This document shows positions 52,895-64,000 of a DNA stretch of 64,000 nucleotides, piece after piece. The notes under the pieces were generated by a model. It worked only from the letters and a program-made list of their open reading frames with translations. It had not been told where the DNA came from and searched no databases. Both the position numbers and the translations under genes were made by a program. The stretch lies in assembly GCA_964234715.1 (NCBI GenBank), contig OZ174280.1. One strand, 5' to 3'. Source of the DNA: Podarcis melisellensis. Taxonomy: Eukaryota. The stretch's first letter is position 1. The number at the start of each line of letters is the position of its first letter.

Positions 52895-55478
52895 CCTGCC
52901 CATCTGGCTGGCTTGCAACATATCTAAAAACATAAAAAACATAAATCCTGACAATCTTCCATAAACAGGGCTGCAATATCAAATTTACAGAAGAAGTGTA
53001 TGCCTCAGAACCTGTCCAAAGATGAGAAAAACAAAACTGTGTCCGAAGCAGCAACTTCGACACATAGCATCCAGGGTTCCAAAGGATTTGGTGAAAGGGT
53101 TTGAAATGTTTGTGTAATAGCAGTTTTGTGACTTGACAGATGGGGAAATATATTTATACTGTTCGGAAATGAGTTGTTGTGAGTGCAGAAGCATCCATCA
53201 CGGCTATCAGACTTGCATCTGATCAAAAGGTTAGAGTTGTCAAACTAGCATCTTTAGTGTCCCATTGATTATACTCTGGAAGCACTATAAATACTCAGAA
53301 TTCTTAGCAATGCCTATAAATAGCTTGTTTCCCTTCTTGCTTAGGTCTGTGAGTTTACATATTTATTAGTCTAATGTTAATAGAGGTTTGTGATTGATTA
53401 GGTTCCATGCGAGAGCATGATCCAAATATTAATTGAATAATTCCATTAGACCTCGGGAAGGGAAGGGTGAACCTTGGTTTACATTCCCACAACCACAATG
53501 CTGAGATTTGTGAACACCGCCTTCTTTTTCTACGTTCATTTAGAGGTCTTTTAAATGAAAAGCACTAAGCTTAATACTAATCCCAAATATAATCTATCAC
53601 ATGTCGATGTGCAACTGCTGCTAGTCCTGATGCATTCATTTGACTTATTTGTTAGAGTGTTGTTACATTTTGAAATAATTTAGCATTTGATTGCTATAAT
53701 GACACATTAAATAACATTTTTGCTGTTCTGTTGTGAGCAGCTTTGAGCACATTCATATGGAAAAGCAAAAGACAAATTTAAACAATAAAATAATAAATAC
53801 TCTTCTCCGAGGCGGGCCATTATTTTTTCTATTTTCCATACTGGGAAATTTGAAGCCGAGGCACAACTTGCTCATGGTTTCCTCACGAGTCTGACCAAAA
53901 AAGCTGTTTGAACCAGATATCCTAAGTTCAGTATCACCATTCATCCATATTGGGCCATAGTAACTCTTAGGACCATCATAAAATACTCGTAATTTAGAAG
54001 TTAAATCTAGTTTTACGGGCACTTCTAAAGATTGTATTTATTTTAACTAGCAATTTGTTCTGAAAGTCCCCAAATTCTAGGAAGTACTTTGCTTCCTAGA
54101 ATTTCACACTGTAGTACAGAAACCTGCTTCCTATTGTGTACTTATTGGTCCAAAGTATTCATTTATCACCACTTTCCCGGTCTGAAGACTGCAAAAAAGT
54201 CACTCATGTCAAAATTCATTTAGCACACTGCATATTCATCTGCTAATCTCTTTTAATGACAGCTTTTCATACTAAGTCAAATTTGTAGACCTAATCCACT
54301 ATATTTTAAGATTAGCAAGTACTACAACCTAAATATTTATGTTTTAGAACATGAAGAAACTCTTCAAACAGGTGAGAGAGGAGAAACAGGGATGTATATG
54401 ATAGAAATACATACATGTGTGTATTTTGTTAAAGTTACATTGCCAATTTGTGGGTGAGGGGAGGACTGTTTCGTACAAGTTTTAGTGAAGTACACCACGT
54501 ATTCAAAGAAAAGTTTGTCATATATGAATCGCTTCTAGCAAAATGAAAACCATAATCTGCAATTTCAATGAAGTCTAACTGAGACAATATATGGAATCTT
54601 TCTCCTAACAGAATCTCACCGGACCTTTGTCCAATTTCTGAGCATTCTAAGTGAAAACACTGTGAGGATAAAATGACAATTTTATGTCATAAAAAGACAT
54701 TCTACCAGTTCAGACATGGTGTATGTAAAAGGTAAAATAAGACCAGGCTGAACCCAGGAAACAGAATGTAATAATAATAATAATAAATTTTAAGCTAAAG
54801 GATGTAATTCTAACCACACTTTCTTGGAAGCAAGTTCCACTGAAGCAGTGGGACTTGTAACTGATGCATTGTCGAGTTACCCAAGTGAATAAAAACTTAA
54901 CAAGTTACAGGAAGTGATTTGACATTTCAGATGTTGCTCCTTGGAAAGCTTAGACCTTTTCCAGTACTTGGAATCCTTGGACACGCTTGGCCTATTTGTA
55001 TCCCACATAAACCAAGATTTCATGATTAAGTTTATGAAAACTAAGGTTGGGACAAAAGCGAACTTTCTCTGAGCAGCTGTGTTATGAATTTATTTAGAAA
55101 GCAAAGCCAACTCTTGACATTACTGCAGCTGTTGGTAATGGCTACATTTTAATCAAGGTTCCTAAGCAGTTCACATCACGAGGCCAGCACAACTGACTAC
55201 AAGCTTTCTTGGGAGAGAGGAAAAAATGATTGGCAAATGTTTTTTCCCCCTCTTGAGATGAGAAAAGAAACTCATTTCCTACTTCTTGAAGAAACTCACA
55301 TTTAACAAATCCCAGCAAGAGCAACTGATATGAATACCACCCTGTATAAACAACATGTATGGAGCTCAATTTCTCTCTCTCTCTTGAATAAACTTAGGTA
55401 AAATGTACTACATAAATAGACATACGTGCAAACTACACTTTATGTGAATTTTATAAATTAGAATTACATCATAAAGAC

Positions 55479-55827
55479 CAGGGGTTGGCAACATGCGGTC
55501 CATGGGCTGGATGCGGCCTACAAAGACCATTTTACCGGCCCACGAACTGCCTCCAAACCGAGCCGCCCGCTCAGTGAGTCCCCCGTGTGCTGCACTAAAC
55601 CAGCATAGAGGAGCACAGGGACTCACCAAGCCACGCTGGAAATCGCATCTGCGCACGCGCAGATAGCGGAAATCATTTGCAGTGTCTGGGCATGCACAGA
55701 AGTGATTTCCGGGGCACCACGGACATGTGCAGATGCGATTTCTGGCATGGCGCTGTGCTGGTCCAGCCCACGGACGATCTCCACTGGAGTGACCCGGCCC
55801 ATGGACGGTGAGCCTTGCTGACCCCTG
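55479..55827. mobile_element. hAT-superfamily MITE, TIR caggggttggcaa / ttgctgacccctg, 8-bp TSD ATAAAGAC
   Basis: TIRs match 11/13; ataaagac at 55471-55478 and 56173-56180. Confidence 0.85.
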
Positions 55828-55834
55828 ATAAAGA

Positions 55835-56161
55835 TAAAGGTACCCCTGCCCGTACGGGCCAGTCGTGTCCGACTCTAAGGTTGTGCGCCCATCTCACTTA
55901 AGAGGCCGGCGGCCAGCGCTGTCCGGAGACACTTCCGGGTCACGTGGCCAGCGTGACGAAGCTGCTCTGGCGAGCCAGCACCAGTGCAGCACACGGAAAC
56001 GCCGTTTACCTTCCCACTTAGGGGTGCTTTCGAACTGCTAGGTGGGCAGGAGCTGGGACCGAAAGACGGGAGCTCACCCCGTCGCGGGGATTCAAACCGC
56101 TGACCATGCAATCGGCAAGTCCTAGGCACTGAGGTTTTACCCACAGCGCCACCCGCATCCC
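55835..56161 (-). mobile_element. Sauria SINE with internal deletion, 18-bp TSD GCTGACCCCTGATAAAGA
   Basis: TSD at 55817-55834 and 56162-56179; near-identical to the 47.1 kb copy apart from a ~30-nt deletion. Confidence 0.92.
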
Positions 56162-59100
56162 GCTGACCCCTGATAAAGACAATAATCTCCTATGCTTGAG
56201 TTTGTTTTTTGAGTGGAGGCAGGGGCACTTCCACTGTTCTTCCCCCCCCCCCCCCCTGCAAGATAAGTTATTGATGCTCTCCATCCCTGCCCCCCAATCC
56301 ATGTGTGCCCATGAAATACCTTGAATATGGGCATCCAATTTGTGTTGTCCTTCACCTCAATCACTCCTCCCCCTTTGCCTATTCTGGGCACATACATAAG
56401 TCTTTCTTCACTTGTGCATGCACACCTTTAACAAAAAGCCCAAAGAAAACCCAAGAAGCATGCAAGAGTAAAAAAAAGCAAAGCCTTGGGTTATCATGTT
56501 TCACAATGGACAAAATGGAGACATGAGCTCCTCCTAGCTGGGGTGTTGTAATTCAAAACAGGCAGCAATCAGTAGTTATAGGCGTTGCTATAAATGAAAA
56601 GGATTGTGCTCAGGTGAGAAGCAAGCACACACAGCCCTGTGACAGTAGAAGCCACCCACCACGCACATAATAAATCACCCATTAATGAATCTGCTGACAG
56701 GACTCCACACCAGCAATGATTGCATATGTTATACTTGCCAGATTTCTTACAGAATGGATAAATTTGGATTAAATGACTAAAGATGAAGAGATGGAATTTT
56801 GATGACACTGATGTCATATGAATGGTGCAAAGAAACAAAAAACCACAATGTGCATGCGTGAGTTTCCAGAATTAATTCTCATGTAGAAAAACCCTGAGAG
56901 AAAACTTCATAAAATTGGGCTTAGCTGACCTAACTGTGAACCTGTAGCAGCAGATAGTAAAATAAACAGAAAGGGGCAAATAAGTTGCTGCATAGCTTTT
57001 TCTTTTACCATACATACTTCATTTCTGTTTTTAATGTAGAAGAACAGGGTTAGGTATTGGCAATTATTCTGTGAATTTGGAAAACAAAACGATTGTAAAG
57101 AGCCAGGAAAAGCATAGAATTTTGATTGTAGATATATGCAGGATTATGGAACATTAGAGTCCTACTTTTAAACTCAAAAGGTTCTACAGATGGCGTAAGT
57201 GTAATTAAAACCATGCTCCTTTTGCAGCTATGCAATTTTAAAAGACTGAGGCATGAACAGCTGAAGTCTCCTGCCAAAAGAGAAACTGGCTTAATTGGCT
57301 GCAAATGCTTTCTTCTGTGGCCAACATCTGACCCCAAAAGGAAGGAAAGGGGAGGGAAAGTATGATATTTACATGTTTTGCAAACTAGAATGTTTCCAAC
57401 ATTTATGCTCCTCTCCAACTGGCTGAGCTAACAGAAAACAAGACTTACTTAGACTGCATAGCAGAATCTATTTTGCATTTTTGTGAATTAATTACTGCCC
57501 TTATATGAGTGAATGAAGTTTTTTTTTAAAAAAATCAAACAATGGATTGATGGTTGACTGAACTCCCCGCCCCCGCCAAAAATGTTTTTTCCCTCCAAGG
57601 TTTTCATGCTTATCTTGTCCTGTTCACAGTCCTTTCTGGAAACTGCTTCAGCACCATTCATTAAAGTTTATTTCCTGCAAACTACATATTTCTAGCATAT
57701 CAGGGATCATGTAGCTAACATGACAGCACCATGGTGTCACACAGCAAGGTTAAGCTGTGTAGCAATGTCACTTGGGAAAGCAACATTGTTTTAGCTCTGA
57801 ATGGAAAGGGCAAGAAAAACACAATGGCACACAAGTGAAATTATGCTTCTTGTGTGCCCCACTATGGTGGCAAGCAAAGAAACTATTGGTGGACTGCAGT
57901 AAACCAAGCAATCCCATTGGACTAAGGAGACAGGTGATCTGGAGCCTACACCTATGCACCAATCACTTACTGCCCAGGTAGCTAAATTCTGGCCCTCCAG
58001 ATGTTGCTGAACCACAGTTTCTATCAGTCCCAGCTAGTATGGTCAGTGGTCTGGGATGATGGGAGTTCAGCATATATAAGTGGTACTATACTGTACTCAA
58101 AATGTACATATACATAACTTAAAATAATAATAAAAATTTAAAAATGTCCAGTAGCAAAATAACCAGTGAAACAAACCCAGGTAACACTAATGAGAAGATG
58201 GAACACTGGTTGAAAAATACATACTGATGAACAGGACAGAAAAAAACCTAAGCTATTTTCTCAACTGCTTTGGGAAGAATGATAACATTCTGCATCTGAG
58301 CAGATATTCTAGTGCTTCTTGTACTTTCTTGAGCTTTTCTGGCGAATGGTTTCATAACTGAAGTAGTTTACATTATACATGCATTTTTAGATCAATAAGG
58401 AACCACTGTTATATTCTGAGTCTGTTCACCCAGTTAACAGCCACAGAATGAGGATGGGGATACACATTATATTGGAAGCGATCCAGTGAGGATTGATAGC
58501 CTGTCATCTGGACAGGTATCTTATTTAAGCTGCTGCTCTTTATTCAGTAAGCAATAGATGAACACTAAGCCTGCTTCTCTGCTCCTGGACCAGAAAATCT
58601 ATTTTCATGCACTGAGATTTCACTGCTTACACATGAACTTTGGCAACCCAGAGAACACTGGCTCTGTTGCTTCATTGATGGCTTAGGTCCTTAGAATGAT
58701 CCCTCTTCTCTGTCCTCAGAACAATTTTACACCCTTTTGACTCACTGAAAAGTTACCAAAGGTGGTCTTTTGGAAGGTGCAAAAATACTTGCCAACTTGG
58801 TTCACAGTTTCAACTGAGCTGTCTTCTTCCATTTCTCACAGAAAAGTTTTAAGTCATGTTGAAAAGTAACTTAATGACTCAGTTCAAGCGACTATTTTCA
58901 GATAACTTCCTGAAGCTCCAAAACAAAACCAAATGTACAAGCTTGTTCTTGACCAAGTAGCTGAACCACCTCTTATAAAAAATTATCATGTTCAAAACTG
59001 GCTGAAACATAGAGCAATTTTTCTACAATAGACTTTCATCCCAGCTCAAAGCTTAACCAACTGCAGCTAAGATGAGGTGGAAACTTCAGGGAAGGATGGT

Positions 59101-60372
59101 CTTAGTCCATAGAAGCCATGTCATTATAGTAATCTCCCAGACCATGAATTGTCTTGTTTTAGGCAAGAAGAATGCTATTTTACTTAAGACTGATTTATAG
59201 GCCATGAATTTTATTCACAAAAGCTGAAAAGAAGAGTTTAAATATGCATGAATGGACAAGATTTTTATTCGATGCCAATGTTAAAAAACAGGTGGCATAG
59301 CTTAGCATTAAATCTTCATGGAGCTTTTCTGTCTTTCTGCACGGGAAAGGGTTACAGGATGCAACTGTACTCTACTATTAGTACAATAAGGACTGCATAC
59401 CTTGTTCCATGAACAATTACTGCACTCCCTGTTCTCTTTTAAACTCCATCTTTGAAGGGTAAAAACTTAACTACTATTTACTAGTCTGAGCACAATGATG
59501 CCCATTCTGACAAAGATTACTGGGCATGACAAGCAGTCATTTTATGTTAGCTGTGCTGTGAAAAACTGGAGATTTGACAGAGGACTTAGAAGCCAAGGTA
59601 CTGGGTAGCCAAGGTCACCCAATGTATTTCTCAAACCCAGTCAGTGTTCTCAGCTCTTAGCACAAGGATCTCCAATCCTATCCATGTGATTAATAACCCA
59701 GGGTAACTGAGCAACCTTTGAATAACCCCAATATGTTTAACACAAAGCATGATTTTTCAGGAGCTATAAATCAATGGATTTAACAGAAAAATCCCTGGTT
59801 GTTTTGGTTTGGTTTTGCTAGAACATAAAGGATTAGTTGTTATGAATGGCAGTTCCCACCATCTAGTTGAAGAGCTTATGGTATTCACAACAGAAACAGA
59901 ACTTGTTTAATTTGAAGTAAGTTCTGTAATTCTAACTGGCATCTACATCTGACTAGCACATGGTTCCAATACAGCACTCAAGTAGGACCGAAACACTGGA
60001 GTATTAAAAGGCTTTATTATTTCTGTCTTTTGCCTCAGTTTCCCCAGCTGCCTCTTCAAGGTCTGTGCAGCTGCACTTCATTAGCATCAAACCTAAGGAT
60101 AGACAACGCTACACACAATATCAAGATGAACTTTATTTAACTTCAGAAAAGGTCAGAATTCAGAAACCTACCTACTTGACCACTTTAAAGAAAAATGCTA
60201 TTGAGCAAACATTCCACCCGACAATAAAATCTAAAGCTCTCCAGAAAGACAGTATCAAGAGAGATAAAATGCAGGCATTCACAGAAGATGCAGGGCCTCC
60301 CTTCAGTTCATCGTGAGAAGGGTTATAAGGCTGTGCCTTCTTTTATCCCACCCACTGGAAAATATCTTTTTA

Positions 60373-60614
60373 CAGTGGTACCTCAGGTTACGTACTTAAT
60401 TCGTTCCAGAGGTCCGTTCTTAACCTGAAACTGTTCTTAACCTGAAGCACCACTTTAGCTAATGGTGCTTCCTGCTGCTGCCGTGCCACTGGAGCACGAT
60501 TTCTGTTCTCATCCTGAAGCAAAGTTCTTAACCTGAGGTTCTATTTCTGGGTTAGCAGAGTCTGTAACCTGAAGCGTATGTAACCTGAAGCGTATATAAC
60601 TCGAGGTACCACTG
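60373..60614. mobile_element. Tigger/pogo-like MITE
   Basis: TA|cagtggtacctcaggtta ... taactcgaggtaccactg|TA; internal taacctgaag repeats. Confidence 0.88.
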
Positions 60615-61544
60615 TATTACAGAAGAATGAAATACGCTTACATTTCCTGTAAGGTGGTTCAAATCTAATGAGGATGGCCACTATACTGCTGTAGTGCAAC
60701 ATTTTAGTCATTGTATGCTCTCTCAGGTTGGTTCTTTGGGGACACAAGTGCAAAGGCCATTCTCTGCCAGGCTGGGAGTCTAGGTTCATTCATTTCAATA
60801 AGTCTACTATGAGTATACCACATTTTAAGTGCCCACAGCTCAGAGCCAAGGTAGAGCCATGTACATCATGAGAACCAGGCCCTCTGCTATACAGTGCTAG
60901 CAGCTGGAAATTGCCTCTTGAACTAAAGGCAGATTGCTATTGACACTAGAGAAGCATTCCTTCAAGTCTGGTTCAATTTGCCATGAGATGCACAGCAAAA
61001 GGAAGTGTCAGTCAACGGAGCCTAGTTTCCCTATGCACTCAGCACCTATTTGGTTAGTCTTTATTACTTCTTTATGACACAAAAAAATGAAAAACAAAAA
61101 AGGGATAACTGATGTGTAAAAGCACTTCAAACAAAACTCAGCTTTACAACTGGCAGTCCTAAAAGTTGGCTATTCATTAATGCTTCTTACTGAGCTTCAG
61201 GCCTCCAGCAGTGTAGGATACTGGAAATGTGTGCCAGATTTGTTTAGTGGCTGTCTTGAATGTTAACAGTTGTTCTGTAGCTCAATGCAGAACTTTGATG
61301 TTAAGTCTCTGAAGGTCTAGGTCTGGCTTATGTCAAGTCAATTATAGTTGTAGAATTGTTGCCTTAAAATGACTTAAAGGGGGGGGGACCCATAAGTAAA
61401 AATGAGTTCTGCATTATCTATTACTAAGAACTGAATGGATGGGCCATACTAGTAGAAAAGGAATTGTCTTGGAGCCATGTTGCACAGGGCAGAGAGCAAC
61501 AAAGGAAACAAAGTCTTCAATGCAACATTATTTAATAAAAATAG

Positions 61545-61800
61545 TTTTGATAGAATGTCAGGGTATACAATTAATTAATCAAAATCTGAAATACCTTATT
61601 TGCTAACTGGCCATTTTGTTGGTGAACAGGGTTTTAACTTATTTAGGTATTTTGGATATTTCTCAAATGATTATATTGAATCTGAATAGGTTCATGAACG
61701 AAGTTTTCAGTGATTTGGAACAATGGGCATCACAATGGGGTAAGGTTAATATGTTTAAGATTAATATATTGTCATGAATAATATATACAGATGTGCAATA
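61545..61800 (+). mobile_element. Highly degraded L1-clade ORF2 fragment
   Basis: Broken-frame motifs SGY.IN..KSE, FRY.G, and DLE.W...G.VN..K.NIL. Confidence 0.5.
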
Positions 61801-62022
61801 TGCTGTCCTTTTACAAAAGATTTTCAAAATACCTTGTTGTTCCCATTATAAGTATTAAAACATGAGTATTTCATCCCAGTAGAGAGTTATCTCTACATCT
61901 ACATGTAGATCTACATCTAAGATTTGAATCTGGGTATTCTAGTAACAAAGTCCTGTCCAAATATTTTGAACAGCTGGAACCCTATAATCCAGATGGAGTA
62001 AACTTGTTGCCCTCATAATGTT

Positions 62023-62183
62023 CATAGAATCACAGAATCATAGAATCATAGATTTGAAAGGGACCCTGTGGATCATCTAGTCCAACCCCCTGCAAGGCAG
62101 GAATATGCAGCTGTCCTATACAGGGATTGAACCTGCAACCTTAGCATTATCAGTACCACGCTCTAACTAACTGAGCTATTCAG
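62023..62183 (-). mobile_element. tRNA-head SINE with CR1-type (ATTCTATG)n tail
   Basis: Minus strand tagctcagttagttagagcgtggt...ggttgcaggttcaatccc head; catagaatcacagaatcatagaatcatag tail on plus strand. Confidence 0.75.
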
Positions 62184-64000
62184 GCAGGCAGGATGACTCC
62201 AGTTCCTATCACACCCAGACAGCACGGTCAATGATCAGGGATGACAGGAGATGAAGTCCAACAACATCCAAGGGCCACAGGATTCCTATGGCTACACCTG
62301 AACATATTTAATATAGATGTAAACCTCACGTGGATACCATCTGAAAGGCTCATATCAACTTAAATTCAATGTAAGATTCATCTACCAATGGTCACTGTAT
62401 CTGAAATGTGAACTGATAGTGGTTTACTGTTATTATTAAAATTAGTTGTATTTTAGAATTATTAACCTATTTAGTACAAAGATAAGGTGCTCAAATAAGC
62501 CATTTTCAGCGCTCTATACATGCACCAAATTTCTGCCTTCTAACCAATCCCTCAAACTGTTTTTTAAATTTTAAAGTTCAAATAGGAGGCATGGGGATCA
62601 GTAGACGCAAATAGAGTAGACATAGAGAGGGGGCAAAAACATGCATATGCATTGGTATCATTTCCTCTCTAAAATATTTTCCTTTAGAAGCATTTTTGGA
62701 TTGTGGAATATTTAGAGACACACTTCTGCTTTTGCAGTGGGGCAACCTTCTGCAAGGGAAACTTAAAAGAGGATGTCATTGTTCACCCCTCTGCATCCTT
62801 ACAATAGTGTTTCAGGGTTTAAAAAGTACAGTAAGATTTTACTTTTACTTTTGCAGGAAGGCAACTAAGAACAAATTTGGCACCTTGGTAGTAGCTACTA
62901 ACAGACACTTAACTAAGTTAACAATCTGATCTCCCACTGCCATGGCATAACATTTGTGAGAAAACAACTTGAATCCTGTTCATGCAATTTGTCAATAAGA
63001 GTATGAGATAATTAATTCAAGCATTTATGCCCACTCTGTATGGTCAAACTATCCTTTTTGATAGCTTCTCTTCCCAGCCAACTGTCACCTCCCTACAATT
63101 CAGATCTTCAAGGCTCATGATTTAGTATCTAGTCTTTCAACCATGGAGTGGAAAATGGAACTAAACGTCCTGCAGTCCATTATGCTGCTGAAAGAAAATA
63201 CTATACATACACCAGCTCTACATAGTCAGAGAAAGCAGGTGCACTGCAAAGAAACACTAGCAGAGCAAAGTGTCAAGATTCATTTGAAGCAAACAAGTCA
63301 AACCACGGGGAAAGACCAGCAAAAGGAAAATCAGCGTGACGGCTCAATTAGCTCTAGAAGAACCTTCCTACACATCTCCTAATACGGCAGTCAGAGCATG
63401 AGGAAAACCTGTTTTTCCCTTTCTGTATACTTTACCCTGCTGCATGAACAGCAATAACTTCATGCAAACGCCAACTGTCTGAGAGACTGACTCACATGCA
63501 GAGAGCTAAGAAGAATGCTGGAAGTTGTACGAAGACTCAATCACTTCAGAATATGCATGCAATTGATTTCTATTACAGGTTTATTTTGTGAAGATGTAAA
63601 GTTATCTCAACGGGCATACTAATTACCTAAGTGAACAAGCTTCGGTCCCACATACAAAAAAAAAAAAGCCTTTCATGGATTTTGAGGCATACTTTTGTGA
63701 AATGAACTAGTGCGTGTATAAGACAAAACTAGTGAAAGGTGTGTAGGTGATGGAAGCATGATTAACTTGTTTACTGTTTCAGTACAACAAGAGCTCTCCA
63801 GAGTATGAAGGAGTGATTTAATTGCTTAACAATAGATCCTAATAAGCAGTTTAATTGACAGATGAGGAAAATTGCCCAATTAAGCAATCAAGTGTACAGA
63901 AAGGAGCCTCTCTCTCTCTATATGGCGCCTTTACATGCCTGTCGCCCAGTGTTTCTCAAACTGGAATTGCAGAAAAGGGATGAGTGAGGTCACAAATCCC

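Noticed and set aside
52712-53063. ORFs with poly-L / poly-I stretches resembling TM helices
   Set aside because: Translation of the (TAA)n/(TAG)n microsatellite.
62100-62183. tRNA-like sequence with A and B boxes
   Set aside because: Degenerate cloverleaf fused to a CR1-type tail; it is a SINE head, as are the Sauria SINE heads.
52326-64000. Upstream PPP1R12B coding exons, M21/smM20 first exon, or CArG promoter
   Set aside because: No convincing exon or perfect CArG cluster found by eye; only a CArG-like CCATATTGGG at ~53945.

Overview
This is eukaryotic DNA from a squamate, probably a lacertid lizard, judging by its Sauria SINEs. Two genes lie tail-to-tail. On the + strand is the complete coding region of synaptotagmin-2 (SYT2): 8 coding exons at 4214-20228, about 431 aa, with a long 3'UTR to about 25.5 or 27.7 kb. 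On the - strand is the 3' end of PPP1R12B (MYPT2/M21): five internal coding exons at 52325-48212, the alternative 'NLHQLKQ...' exon at about 40.2 kb, the leucine-zipper terminal exon at about 35.0 kb, and a 3'UTR to about 29.1 kb. The rest is intron or UTR carrying Sauria SINEs, tRNA/CORE SINEs, L2/CR1/RTE/L1 fragments, Tc1-mariner and hAT MITEs, Penelope-derived pieces and microsatellites. Four observations stand out. (1) A minimal type-I hammerhead ribozyme motif sits in a Penelope-like remnant (158-191), with a collapsed relative at the centre of a palindrome near 1.6 kb. (2) A diverged copy of a SYT2 3'UTR segment lies inside SYT2's last intron (88-bp ungapped core, 76/88 identical), downstream of a weak donor. 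(3) A candidate intronic terminal exon would give a C2-less SYT2. (4) Several candidate unannotated PPP1R12B tail exons are present. Almost all ORFs in the supplied track are spurious. All alignments were done by eye and no database searches were run.
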